Shown piece by piece: positions 1 to 14,407 of a stretch of DNA of 32,000 nucleotides; the stretch's first letter is position 1, and each line of letters opens with the position of its first letter. The position numbers and the translations under genes were made by a program. Source of the DNA: Haloquadratum walsbyi C23 (GTDB lineage Archaea > Halobacteriota > Halobacteria > Halobacteriales > Haloferacaceae); assembly GCF_000237865.1 (NCBI RefSeq), contig NC_017459.1:60001-92000 (forward strand), read 5' to 3'. A model generated the notes under the pieces. The model had not been told where the DNA came from, did not search any database, and saw only the letters and a list, made by a program, of their open reading frames with translations.

Positions 1-704
1 ATGTCGGTCGTGCATATGGTTTTGATAAACTTGAACCACGCTACCCCGATATTGGGACAGTCGGCGGGAGACATGAACGGTCACGGCTTGAAGCGGTAAC
101 TCGGACAACACTGACAGGACTTGGATTTGAGGATTTATTGAACTTCCATCTGACAAATGAAGCTGCAGTATACAACCGCATGCGAATGAGCCCACTGTCA
201 CCGGCTACATTTAATTCAACAACCGATGATATAGACCTTGGCTCAGCACCTCCCGCTGAAATAACAGATCCATATAGCGGTGATTACACCATTCTTCGAC
301 CATGGATCCTTCCATCGCTCGTACAAGTTCTTGAAAATAACACTCATCGTACATATCCGCAGGATCTTGCGGAAGTTGGGGTTGTTGCTAATCGTGATGA
401 CTCTGTAAACACTCATGTCGCTGAACGCCGCCATGTTGCAGGTGCTGTTGCTCGTCACGATGCAACTTATGAAGATGCAAAGGCAGCACTTCAAGCAGTA
501 TGTCGTGAATTCGATGCTACACTCCAGACACCACCAACGACACACCCTTCATTCATTGATGGACGGACAGCAGCCATTATTATCAATGATACCTCAGTGG
601 GCGTCATCGGTGAAATACATCCTGAAGTACTTGTTGAGCATGATCTCGCAGTCCCTGTAGCTGCATTTGAGTTTGAACTTGCAGCGCTTGCCTCGGAAGC
701 GTAA
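1..704 (+). CDS. pheT: phenylalanine--tRNA ligase beta subunit, C-terminal part (5' end outside window)
   Basis: Frame 3 is open from position 3 (VGRAYGFDKLEPRYPDIGTVGGRHERSRLEAV...), upstream of the tracked 138..704 ORF. The sequence continues PWILPSLVQVLENN...HPEVLVEHDL, typical of the archaeal PheT C-terminus. Stop is at 702-704. Confidence 0.8.
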   Translation, partial: VGRAYGFDKLEPRYPDIGTVGGRHERSRLEAVTRTTLTGLGFEDLLNFHLTNEAAVYNRMRMSPLSPATFNSTTDDIDLGSAPPAEITDPYSGDYTILRPWILPSLVQVLENNTHRTYPQDLAEVGVVANRDDSVNTHVAERRHVAGAVARHDATYEDAKAALQAVCREFDATLQTPPTTHPSFIDGRTAAIIINDTSVGVIGEIHPEVLVEHDLAVPVAAFEFELAALASEA

Positions 705-925
705 CTCGTCAGATCCCACCAATAAAAAACCCACAGAAAACCTGCTCAATAATATTGTTTGCCGCATTGAATGACCGACTTTCTTTCATATTGTCACATA
801 TCAGCGAGTGTAACGGTAGCGTGATATCACTATCAACACCGCATATACACAATAGTATGTAAGCTTTCGAAATCCTGTGTAATCGAGTAACTTAACACGC
901 CTTCCGCCGTTATTATTCTTTGGTA

Positions 926-3718
926 ATGCCGAGCGGAGAATACGACCCCGACGCTGTCGAAACGAAATGGCAAGATCGCTGGGTCGACGAAGAGACCTAT
1001 ACATATGCATCTTCCATCGTCAGTGCTTCTGACTCTGAGTTTGACCCTCACTTGGCGTCCGAGTCTGAATCATCTGACGAACACACGCTTGATAATTCAT
1101 CTGATGGAGCACATGTAGATATTGAAGCTGATCCTGATACCGCATTTTCAATTGACTCTCCACCACCAACAGTATCAGGTAATCTTCACTGGGGACATGT
1201 CTATGGATTTACGCTACAGGACTTCGTCGCGCGATTCAGACGGATGCGTGGTTCAGATGTCTTCTTCCCGTTCGGATATGATGATAATGGGATTGCTTCT
1301 GAACGACTTGCTGAAGATGAACTCAACGTTCGTCATCAGGAGTATGAACGTCGTGAATTCCAACAAATGACCCAAGAGGTGTGTCAGCAATATGAGGCTG
1401 AGTTCACCGAGAAAATGCAACAACTGGGTATCTCTATTGACTGGAATCAGACGTATCAAACAATTTCATCGGATGTCAAACGAACATCACAACTATCATT
1501 TATTGACCTCTATGAACAAGGTCGCGAGTATCGTAAACGCGCTCCGACTATTTGGTGCCCCGAGTGTGAAACAGCAATCTCACAGGTCGAAACTGAAGAT
1601 GACGAACAACCGAGTCATTTTCATGATATTGCATTCGAGTTAATAAACAAAAATAACCCTCGTTCTGAACATCGGACAGATACGTTTACCATATCGACAA
1701 CACGTCCTGAGCTACTACCTGCTTGTGTTGCAATCTTTGTTCATCCTGACGATGACGATAACCAGGACCTCGTCGGTGCCGATGCTCGTGTGCCCCTCTT
1801 TGATCAAACAGTTCCAATAATTGCAGATGAACGCGTTGACATGGAGACTGGGTCAGGGATTGTGATGTGTTGTACCTTCGGAGACCAGACCGATATTGAG
1901 TGGTATCAGGCACACGACCTTGATCTTCGAATCGCCATTGACGAATCGGGAACAATGACAGACGTTGCAGGTTCATATAGTGGTCTTGATTCAACTGAAG
2001 CTCGCGAATCGATTGTCGCTGACCTTTCAGAGAGTGGCGCACTCTTAGACCGTCGAAAAATCACACACACAGTGAACGTACATGAACGCTGTGGGACGAA
2101 TATCGAATTCCTTGTTAAAAACCAATGGTATGTCAAATTATTAGATAAAACTGATGAGTATCTCGCTGCTGGTCGGGAAATGGAATGGTATCCTGAGAAA
2201 ATGTTCACTCGATATAAAAATTGGATCGAGGGACTTCAGTGGGATTGGGCTATCTCACGACAGCGTTCTTCAGGCATTCCGTTTCCTGTCTGGTACTGTG
2301 ATGCATGCGAACATGTTGTTATTGCAGAAAAAGAATCATTACCTGTTGACCCGCTTAGTGATGATCCACCAGTAGAATCATGTCCTGCGTGTAATCATGA
2401 TACATTCATTCCCGAAGATGACGTCTTTGACACATGGGCAACCTCATCGCTCACACCGCTCATCAATGCTGGATGGGACTGGAATGATAATACTGAAACT
2501 ATTGAGTTTGGAGATTCAGGATTGTATCCATTTAATCTTCGCCCCCAGGGCCATGATATCATCTCATTTTGGCTCTTTCATACCGTTGTGAAATGTTATG
2601 AGCATACTGGAGAGGTCCCCTTCGACAGTGTGATGATTAATGGAATGGTTCTTGATGAGAATCGAGAGAAAATGTCGAAATCTAAAGGTAATGTGATTGC
2701 CCCTGATGAGGTTATCACAGAATATCCGGTTGATGCCGCACGATATTGGGCAGCTGGATCCGCGGTCGGTGATGATCTTCCCTATTCTGAAAAAGGTATC
2801 CGTGCTGGAGAAAAGCTGCTTCGAAAGCTATGGAATGCATCAAAACTCGTTGAAGATCTCACCACTGATGCACCTGACCCTGAAACAATGTCTCACGCTG
2901 ATCTTGAGGCGATTGACCGATGGCTTCTCGCTCGAATCGATACCGAAATCGCTCGACTTACTGAGAAATTTGAATCACGTGAGTTCTCAAAAGCTCGAGA
3001 TGGTCTTCGCAGCGTCTTCTGGCACACGTTTTGTGACGATTATCTTGAAATTGCAAAACACCGAATACGGGAAGGGACCACCGGCGATGCTGCCGCTGCA
3101 TACACGCTGACAGTTGCACATCGGCGTTTTCTTAAGCTATTTGCTCCAATCCTAGCACACGCGAGTGAAGAATTATGGCGCGACATGTACGTTTCAAATT
3201 CTATCGACAAGACGGACGATATCTCGAGCGATAGCATCCATCGTCAGTCATGGCCAAACCCACTTGGCATTGATGCTAATGTCGATGCTGGCGAAGCAGC
3301 AATGTCGGTCGTCGGTGCGCTTCGAAAATACAAAAGTAACGCTCAACTCCCAATGAACGCAACACTTGATCGGGTTCTTATTTGGGGAGATATCGACGGT
3401 TTTGAGTCTGATATCGCGGACGTCATGCATATTGAGACACTTGAATCAGTGAGTGAACGCCCATCAATTGAATCCGTTGTCACTGGCGTTGATCTCGAGT
3501 ACTCCCTTGTCGGTCCTGCCTTTGGCAATGCTGTCTCTGATATTGAAACAGCTATTGAATCAGGAGAGTACGAGGTTGTCGATGATCAACTTCATACAGA
3601 AGGTATAACGCTTGACCCTGAGATGTTTGACATTCAAAAACGCCGACAGTACACTGGTGACGGTGAAATGCTTGATCTTGACACTGATGACGTGATTGTT
3701 ATTGTCCAGAATAATTGA
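926..3718 (+). CDS. valS: valine--tRNA ligase (class I aaRS)
   Basis: 930-aa ORF. It has the HIGH-type motif PPPTVSGNLHWGH and a KMSKS motif (EKMSKSKGN), plus TWATSSLTP and RPQGHDIISFW, which resemble archaeal ValRS. I prefer the ATG at 926 (MPSGEYDPD...) over the tracked TTG at 920. Confidence 0.8.
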   Translation: MPSGEYDPDAVETKWQDRWVDEETYTYASSIVSASDSEFDPHLASESESSDEHTLDNSSDGAHVDIEADPDTAFSIDSPPPTVSGNLHWGHVYGFTLQDFVARFRRMRGSDVFFPFGYDDNGIASERLAEDELNVRHQEYERREFQQMTQEVCQQYEAEFTEKMQQLGISIDWNQTYQTISSDVKRTSQLSFIDLYEQGREYRKRAPTIWCPECETAISQVETEDDEQPSHFHDIAFELINKNNPRSEHRTDTFTISTTRPELLPACVAIFVHPDDDDNQDLVGADARVPLFDQTVPIIADERVDMETGSGIVMCCTFGDQTDIEWYQAHDLDLRIAIDESGTMTDVAGSYSGLDSTEARESIVADLSESGALLDRRKITHTVNVHERCGTNIEFLVKNQWYVKLLDKTDEYLAAGREMEWYPEKMFTRYKNWIEGLQWDWAISRQRSSGIPFPVWYCDACEHVVIAEKESLPVDPLSDDPPVESCPACNHDTFIPEDDVFDTWATSSLTPLINAGWDWNDNTETIEFGDSGLYPFNLRPQGHDIISFWLFHTVVKCYEHTGEVPFDSVMINGMVLDENREKMSKSKGNVIAPDEVITEYPVDAARYWAAGSAVGDDLPYSEKGIRAGEKLLRKLWNASKLVEDLTTDAPDPETMSHADLEAIDRWLLARIDTEIARLTEKFESREFSKARDGLRSVFWHTFCDDYLEIAKHRIREGTTGDAAAAYTLTVAHRRFLKLFAPILAHASEELWRDMYVSNSIDKTDDISSDSIHRQSWPNPLGIDANVDAGEAAMSVVGALRKYKSNAQLPMNATLDRVLIWGDIDGFESDIADVMHIETLESVSERPSIESVVTGVDLEYSLVGPAFGNAVSDIETAIESGEYEVVDDQLHTEGITLDPEMFDIQKRRQYTGDGEMLDLDTDDVIVIVQNN

Positions 3719-3880
3719 ACTGAAAGACAATCTCTGAGAAAATTCTCATTGTCATCGTTGTTCTTTTTCACACCTACTCTATCTCATTCTGTCCTACCGA
3801 GAGTGGAATTACACCTTTGTGCTCGCGTATTTGTCCCTCTCGTTTCACTGTCAACTTAAACTCACATCTCTCTCAGTTAA

Positions 3881-4963
3881 TTATATATCTGCACCAATAG
3901 CTGACTCAATTGAATCAAACCCATCATCCTCCAGTAGTTGAAGTAATCCCATATTGATATCCCGAGCAAGCGTCGGTCCTTGATATACCAATCCAGTATA
4001 TAACTGCACGAGACTTGCACCTGCTCGAATCTTTGCGTACGCTCCTGCTGCGTCGCTCACTCCGCCAACACCAATGATAGGGACATCTGTTCGCTTTGCA
4101 ACGAGTTGAACTAACTTTGTTGCGTGGTCTTCAATTGGTGCACCTGAGAGTCCCCCACGCTCTGTTTGCTTAGTGGACTCAAGATTCTCAGGACGTTCTG
4201 TGGTCGTGTTTGTTGTAATTATGCCATCAAGATCAAATATATCAACAAGATCAATAACATCCTCAATCGCACTGAGAGAAAGCTCCGGTGCAAGCTTTAC
4301 TAAAACTGTCTCCGCGCCGGCATTAGTGAGTGCATCCATAATCCGACTGAGTGAATCACGCTGTTGTAAATCTTGCATACCCTCACTATTCGGACATGAA
4401 ACATTGACTGCGACGTAATCTGCACTCTCTGCAATCTGTTCATATGTATATTGATAATCTGCTGGTGCTTCATCAGTCGGCGTTGACTCTGACAACGCAA
4501 TATTCACACCAACTGGACCGCAGTGATCAATCTCACGTCGGTGACTGGATAATCGCTCACCAATAACATCTGCACCCTCGTTGTTTAATCCCATCCGATT
4601 AATCAGCGCCTCATCCTCCACCAATCGAAACATCCGTGGACGCATATTTCCGGACTGTGATACAGCGGTGACGCCGCCTACCTCCACATGTCCGAATCCA
4701 AGCGCCCCAAGAATGGCTGGTAGTTCGGCATTTTTATCAAACCCAGCAGCGACGCCAATAGGATTATCAAATGACTGTCCAAACTCCTCAACTTGGAGCC
4801 GATCATTATCGACTCGAAACTGATTGCTAAAACCATGTTCAATTGGTGTCTGTTGAACGGTCTCTAACCCAGTATGGACGAGTCGATGGGCTGTTTCTGG
4901 CGGGAGTGCGAATAATAGCGGTCGAAATGCACGATAGAGTTGTTTAATTACCACCTCGGACAC
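3881..4963 (-). CDS. pyrD: dihydroorotate dehydrogenase (quinone-type, class 2)
   Basis: 360 aa. Motifs: FRPLLFALPPETAHRL, GVAAGFDKNAE, GFGHVEVGGVT, RPRMFRL..EDEALINRMGLNNEG, GIITTNTT, IIGVGGV. Start codon is GTG. Confidence 0.88.
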   Translation of the reverse strand: MSEVVIKQLYRAFRPLLFALPPETAHRLVHTGLETVQQTPIEHGFSNQFRVDNDRLQVEEFGQSFDNPIGVAAGFDKNAELPAILGALGFGHVEVGGVTAVSQSGNMRPRMFRLVEDEALINRMGLNNEGADVIGERLSSHRREIDHCGPVGVNIALSESTPTDEAPADYQYTYEQIAESADYVAVNVSCPNSEGMQDLQQRDSLSRIMDALTNAGAETVLVKLAPELSLSAIEDVIDLVDIFDLDGIITTNTTTERPENLESTKQTERGGLSGAPIEDHATKLVQLVAKRTDVPIIGVGGVSDAAGAYAKIRAGASLVQLYTGLVYQGPTLARDINMGLLQLLEDDGFDSIESAIGADI

Positions 4964-5043
4964 CCCAGAAAGTATTGGAATACAAATGCGAACATGAGGA
5001 TATGTATGAATACATATAATATTCTGTATATATCACTGAATAC

Positions 5044-5241
5044 TCAAAAATCGTGTTCAACTGATTCTGGATTGGCTTTCTGAATGATGATCTTCTCATC
5101 TCTGACCCGCACGAACACCTCATCACCAATTTCCATCCCAGCAACGGTGAGTTCATCTTCATGCAAATTCACATGAACATTGTGATACTCGCCATCTTCA
5201 TCTTTCGCGCCACTTGGGCTAAGCTTCTTTTTCCGAACCAT
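5044..5241 (-). CDS. small acidic protein with AbrB/SpoVT-like pattern
   Basis: 65-aa ORF with haloarchaeal acidic composition. The pattern VNLHEDELTVAGMEIGDEVFVRVRDEKIIIQKA resembles a swapped-hairpin (AbrB-like) fold. The fold assignment is inference. Confidence 0.55.
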   Translation of the reverse strand: MVRKKKLSPSGAKDEDGEYHNVHVNLHEDELTVAGMEIGDEVFVRVRDEKIIIQKANPESVEHDF

Positions 5242-5826
5242 CGCGGGTATCTACGCTGAGACTCACCGTAGCGCATACATAAGTGTTGTTTATATGCGGT
5301 GCACATATATCCATGAACTGTTGTCCTGACTTTTACAAAGTGAATATTACTTTGAAAGTATATATATTATTGACCCATGGTCCCATGCGCATCCATGGCT
5401 AACACAGCACTCCCTAATAGTATCCACCTAATATACCTGAAACAGACCGAATAGACCAGCCATACAGCCGATTGATAGACTCATATACATTCACACATTC
5501 ATCTCATAGCTATCCCGTCGGATATGGATTGTATTAATTATATCAACATGAGATTACTCAGTATCTGCTGTCTCAACGAATAAATTGTTGCGCGGTCGGA
5601 GGCCGACACATCATCCCTCGCTTTGGACGGTTGGTCAGATCGGGTAGAACCCGCGCATCATCATCTCATAACAGGACACTGAAATGTATATCGACATCCA
5701 TATGTACGAAAAGACACCACGTGATCGGTAATCCCACCATTACCGGAATCACCGAAGATAATATTATGACTTGGTACTCAAAAAAATCAAAGATGCTAGC
5801 TATTCCATGCGTTTGTACTTTTCACG

Positions 5827-6153
5827 TTATTCAAGATGCTCAATTTCTTGTTTGGAAACGTTTCCCTTCGTAACCGTTGATATCTCACCTTCCATCCACT
5901 CAGGCTTATCACTAGGTGCATCATCCATCCATGCCCATGCATGATAGACATGTATGCGATCTGTCCCACGCTCAAGTAATCGAATTTTTGTTGGATTATC
6001 TTTTGCCGCAGACTCAGAATTGTACCCATCGTACCCCTCCAGCCGCCGTGCAGCTTTCAACGCTGCCTGCCTTGGCATTCGTCCAGTGAATTGTCGGGTC
6101 TTTTCACCATCTTCGAGCATGACAAAATTTCGTTTTCCATCTTCACGTACCAT
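5827..6153 (-). CDS. non-histone chromosomal protein MC1 family
   Basis: 108 aa. MVREDGKRNFVM..DGE....FTGRMPRQAALKAARR ... IRLLERGTDRIHVYHAW ... DAPSDKPEWM ... VSKQEIEHLE matches the conserved MC1 layout known from Methanosarcina and haloarchaea. Confidence 0.8.
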   Translation of the reverse strand: MVREDGKRNFVMLEDGEKTRQFTGRMPRQAALKAARRLEGYDGYNSESAAKDNPTKIRLLERGTDRIHVYHAWAWMDDAPSDKPEWMEGEISTVTKGNVSKQEIEHLE

Positions 6154-6361
6154 AGTCGTGTTCCCCTATATCACGCGAGCACACAATATAATATAAATAT
6201 ACCGGCGCTAATCACCGCAGTAACACGTTTTCACCACTATTATGAGCTGAAGCTGTGTCGATACTGTACAATTATGAACACATTATCATTATATCTGCCG
6301 CAGTCTCAGTAACACAATGTATACCCACGTGGTGTGAAATCGTATGACGGGACGGTGTTAG

Positions 6362-6379
6362 TTCGACGAGTTTTTATGT
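6362..6379 (+). promoter_or_regulatory. rRNA operon promoter-like box (BRE/TATA)
   Basis: TTCGACGAGTTTTTATGT resembles the repeated TTCGACG-N-TTTATGT promoter box described upstream of Halobacterium rRNA operons. It lies about 510 nt upstream of the 16S 5' end. Confidence 0.45.
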
Positions 6380-6504
6380 TCGACTTCCATTGTATGTAAT
6401 ACGCGGAAGAGCATCAGGTCGCCTGGTGCTAACTTGATTGATAACGATGATTTGATCAATCAAGGTATATTCCAATTACATGTGGACTTAACCATGACGA
6501 CGAT

Positions 6505-6521
6505 GCCGATGGGTTTATACG
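6505..6521 (+). promoter_or_regulatory. second rRNA promoter-like box
   Basis: GCCGATGGGTTTATACG is a degenerate second copy of the box, with TATA TTTATA at 6514-6519. A conserved-looking leader (GAACCACTCGGACCATGCAATGCGAAAT) follows. Confidence 0.35.
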
Positions 6522-6888
6522 AACCCATATATTACGGTTAGGTCCGAAAGAAATGAGGATTCCATCCCTGCGGTCCGCCGTACAGACGGAATCTGATGTT
6601 AGCTTTGGTGGTTCGGTGATACCTGTCTGGTGTCTCCGAACCACTCGGACCATGCAATGCGAAATATCTGATCAACTATCAGAATATATCATGACGTGAC
6701 GTTTCGTGTGTAATCGTCACTCTGATTCTCTGCTAATACAGCATCTAATGAGACTCAGACTGACACTCACCCCGTGACAATGATACGATACAATACATAG
6801 GATACGTATCCCTGTCACATCGGTGATTCGTTACCACGAATCCCGCCACCCTCCTCATGACTCATACATGTGAGTCACGAGGAATCCC

Positions 6889-8360
<1,472 letters not shown>

Positions 8361-8630
8361 AACGAACGGGACTAGATCGATGTATCTAGCCCACCACGAT
8401 CGCAACCGCGATCGCAATCTCGACTGCGAATTCGACTATGATCCGATTGTACACTGATTGAATCTCACATCACACTCAGTTACAATCACATATTACAGAC
8501 GAAACGATACACCACGATATATACCACAGCACCGTCCGAGTGGTCGGTACCTCTGTTCGTGTATTCCAACAGAACAGACAACACAAACATAGACGACAGA
8601 CAGGCACCTTAGAACCACCAAAGCTAATTA

Positions 8631-8702
8631 GGGCCCATAGCTCAGCGGGAGAGTGCCTCCTTTGCAAGGAGGATGCCCTGGGTTCGAATCCCAGTGGGTC
8701 CA
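8631..8702 (+). tRNA. tRNA-Ala (anticodon UGC) in the 16S-23S spacer
   Basis: GGGCCCATAGCTCAGCGGGAGAGTGCCTCCTTTGCAAGGAGGATGCCCTGGGTTCGAATCCCAGTGGGTCCA. Acceptor stem is GGGCCCA/TGGGTCC, the anticodon loop is TTTGCAA, and the T-loop is GGTTCGAATCC. Confidence 0.95.
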
Positions 8703-9087
8703 TTTCAGCCATCGACACTGACCATTTGAGTGAATCCAAATTTCATTCAACACAAGTGTCGTGGTGTTCCGAACTGATGCACCATTCCGTGAAAGCGCGA
8801 ATGGGAAGGGTTCGATGAACGCGTCAATAACCACTTAGATCTGACCGTTCCATGACAACCGTATGTACGCGTGTAATCCAGACGCCCACTGAACCCGTTC
8901 ACACGGGCTCCATCGTGGACGTCAACAACACAACATAACTCAACACAACCATAACGTCACAACGACAATAATAATGTCAGTCATCAAGACTGCATTATGC
9001 TATACTATACTGTAACATACTAGATTGTCTTATCATCGAGATGAGACTGACTATACTATACACTGTATACTTATACTATATACTATA

Positions 9088-12014
<2,927 letters not shown>

Positions 12015-12442
12015 ATTATACTATATTATACTGTACTACAATATACTGTATCATATCAGAGTATATCAGACGTATACTGAAAGTCAGACAACACTCATAT
12101 CGAGTTGGTTCGTCTCACACACGAGTGAGAGACGAAACTGACAGTATAGGATTGAGAGATGATTGGGTTGATTGACACTGACACTATACTACACTGGAAC
12201 CTGCGTGAGCGGGTTCAGGCGGAAACTGGATTACACGCGTATATACGGACATGGACACATATGCGGATGCAGAGACGCACACGCATACACATACACAAAA
12301 CAGATCAGGTAAGAGAGACGCGGTATAACCGAGCGATGGTTCGACTGGGATCACTTTAGACAGCACGTCACAGTGTGTCACAGCACATTCCAGATCAGAT
12401 CGGATTAGAATAGATCAGGATAGGAAAGTGATCGCAGTGATA

Positions 12443-12470
12443 ATACAATACAATACAATACAATACAATA
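12443..12470. repeat. (ATACA)n pentanucleotide microsatellite, about 5.5 units
   Basis: ATACAATACAATACAATACAATACAATAC read directly in the 23S-5S spacer, immediately before a T-arm-like hairpin. Confidence 0.9.
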
Positions 12471-12494
12471 CGGTTCGATTCCGTAAGTTCGGAT

Positions 12495-12617
12495 TTGAGG
12501 CGGCCAGAGCGGCAGGGAAACACCTGTACCCATCCCGAACACAGTGGTTAAGTCTGCAAGCGTTGGAGCACGTACTGGAGTGAGAGATCCTCTGGGAGCG
12601 CTTCATCGCCGCCTTGC
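12495..12617 (+). rRNA. rrf: 5S ribosomal RNA
   Basis: TTGAGGCGGCCAGAGCGG...GTACCCATCCCGAACAC...GTACTGGAGTG...CCTCTGGGAG...CGCCGCCTTGC. The conserved 5S blocks are present and the terminal helix is GAGGCGGC/GCCGCCTT. Ends are good to 1-2 nt. Confidence 0.9.
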
Positions 12618-12742
12618 TTTTCATACTTTTCACTTCAAATAAGTCATTCATGAGGAGCCACGCGGATAATACTCCTCAGTTACACGACGATTATCGCTAG
12701 GCTTAAACACAGATACACAGTATTATCGATGCAGTGAGCAGT

Positions 12743-12818
12743 GCCAAGGTGGCAGAGTCTGGCCTAACGCGTCCGCCTGCAGAGCGGATCATCGCCGGTT
12801 CAAATCCGGCCCTTGGCT
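12743..12818 (+). tRNA. tRNA-Cys (anticodon GCA) distal to 5S
   Basis: GCCAAGGTGGCAGAGTCTGGCCTAACGCGTCCGCCTGCAGAGCGGATCATCGCCGGTTCAAATCCGGCCCTTGGCT. Acceptor stem is GCCAAGG/CCTTGGC, the anticodon loop is CTGCAGA, and the T-loop is GGTTCAAATCC. A tRNA-Cys after 5S is the usual haloarchaeal arrangement. Confidence 0.92.
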
Positions 12819-12981
12819 TCAATTAAATTGACAGACTGAAATATCATTTTATACTCAGAAAACCAGAGTCCCATTAGTAGTTAATATGAAGGCTAGTTAT
12901 CTTCATCATACACCCATATGTTGATATATAATATATTTTATTACAGATTTAAGCAAGGATTGGCGGATTTGTCAAATTAAA

Positions 12982-13329
12982 CTACTCTGCGTCTGGGATT
13001 GCAGTTACCTGAAACTCATGATAGCCACCATAGGCTGTTTCAAGTGCTCCAAGCCACCAGTTCCATCGCTCGGCAATGCTTAGATCATCCGGGGCATCTG
13101 ATAGATTATCAATTACAGTTGCGACAGTCAATGTTTCATTACGATCCATTTCAACAATACCGGCGTCAGCAAGATCGCGAACTTGTCGTGCAACAACACG
13201 GCGTTCACCCGGTGATCCGCCGAATGCCGATCGAAGCGCTTGTTCAACTGCATCCATAGTGACTGATGGAGTAGCATTATCATCATGATCGTGTGTCGTC
13301 GGTTGTTCATCATATGGTGTCTCTGTCAT
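12982..13329 (-). CDS. conserved hypothetical acidic protein
   Basis: 115-aa ORF with clean acidic haloarchaeal composition (…VARQVRDLADAGIVEMDRNETLTV…ERWNWWLGALETAYGGYHEF…). I recognise no domain. Confidence 0.6.
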   Translation of the reverse strand: MTETPYDEQPTTHDHDDNATPSVTMDAVEQALRSAFGGSPGERRVVARQVRDLADAGIVEMDRNETLTVATVIDNLSDAPDDLSIAERWNWWLGALETAYGGYHEFQVTAIPDAE

Positions 13330-13389
13330 CCCAAATCAAATCCTTCTAAATTAATTTATCTCGGGAGACATTTGAGTGTCTGGATATCT

Positions 13390-13421
13390 CAATATGAATT
13401 ACAATATGAATTACAATATGA
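13390..13421. repeat. 12-bp tandem repeat CAATATGAATTA, about 2.7 copies
   Basis: CAATATGAATTA CAATATGAATTA CAATATGA read directly, just upstream of the tnpB relic. Confidence 0.9.
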
Positions 13422-13439
13422 TCCTGTGTCACTTTTACT

Positions 13440-14407
13440 GATAGATTATAGTGATTCGAGGAGAATGCCTGTAGCTTTACTCACACGGAATAAATCCGGT
13501 AGTCTCCATCCAATCCACCGTCGATGGCAAAACCCGATATTTCACGCCAATTGGTACTGTCACCAAGACAGTGTTTATGACCAGTTATGAACTCAGAAGA
13601 TGAGTCGGACCTTCTGAACCTTCGAGGTCACCATCACCATCACGAACTAGCAACAGGTTCGTGCTGTCTACAAATGCGACAAATGGCGACTGTAATTTGT
13701 CTGTCGTGCCACTATCGACCGGGAATTACCGGGAAATAAGATAACTGGTGTTGACCTTGTGATTTGCAACTTCGTTGCCGTCTCCTTCAGCGGGGAATCG
13801 GTGTTGTATCCTGGTGGCGGACTCGAAGAGGATGAATACTAGTTATAAAAAGAAAGCCAAGCGCGACGATTCCTTATGCCGTGAAGCCACCCGTCTTGAT
13901 CCAAAACGAAGGGGGACGTCGAACACAGTTCTTACACACACTCGAGAGCGATCGTAGAGGTATGTGTCGAACAACATGTTGAGACGCTTGTCGTTGCTGA
14001 CCGTGGTGGTATTCAAGAAGATGACGAGAACGGTGAAGCCTGGAATTGTGACGACCATGGCAATATAGAGTTACGCGGGTGCGGGCGTCAACCGTTTCAG
14101 GACACTTCTGGACTACAGGGTGGAGCCGAGGGCATCGACGGAAAGCTAGAGTCTGAGCGCAATACATCGAAGTCATATTTGATGTGTGGTTACACTGACG
14201 ATACCACAGCGCGTCGGGCGTGGATCATTCGTGTGTAAGGAGTGTGACACGATTGCGAACGCAGACATGAGTGGTGTGGAGAACATTCGGCAAACGGTAC
14301 TCCCAAATCTCGCCAGGGACGGTAGTGATAAAGATACCGGCTGTGTGGCACAGCCAGTGATTCAGTTGTTCGACCGTAGTGAGGGCTGTTTCTCCCCACA
14401 AGGATAG
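13440..14407 (+). pseudogene. tnpB: IS200/IS605-family (IS1341-type) tnpB, 5'-truncated and multiply frameshifted
   Basis: Stitching the three + frames gives ...SIQSTVDGKTRYFTPIG / QVRAVYKCDKWRL / ITGVDLVICNFVAVSFSGESVLYPGGGLEEDEY* / KKKAKRDDSLCREATRLDPKR / AIVEVCVEQHVETLVVADRGGIQEDDENGEAWN.DDHGNIEL / RFRTLLDYRVEP / GIDGKLESERNTSKSYLMCGYTDDT / RVGRGSFVCKECDTIANADMSGVENIRQ...GCVAQPVIQLFDRSEGCFSPQG*. RuvC-like D (GVDL), E (ESERNTSK) and D (NADMSG) motifs and a Cys-containing zinc-ribbon remnant are recognisable. There are at least four frame changes and several in-frame stops. The 5' boundary is approximate. Confidence 0.75.

Noticed and set aside
5590-5680. Canonical C/D-box sRNA on the minus strand (AUGAUGA ... 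CUGA ... GAUGAUG)
   Set aside because: The box spacing does not fit the archaeal C/D architecture of about 12-nt guides: C to D' is about 19 nt, and the nearest terminal CUGA is about 50 nt from C'. I kept it only as an unexplained structured element.
5631-6312. ORFs 5631-5873 (+), 5796-6029 (-), 5954-6196 (+) and 6091-6312 (+) around the MC1 gene
   Set aside because: They overlap, or are antisense to, the well-supported MC1 ORF. They have non-acidic composition.
13285-14407. Treating ORFs 13285-13590, 13775-13957 and 14186-14407 as three independent small genes
   Set aside because: They are consecutive fragments of a single frameshifted tnpB. The motifs continue across the frame changes.
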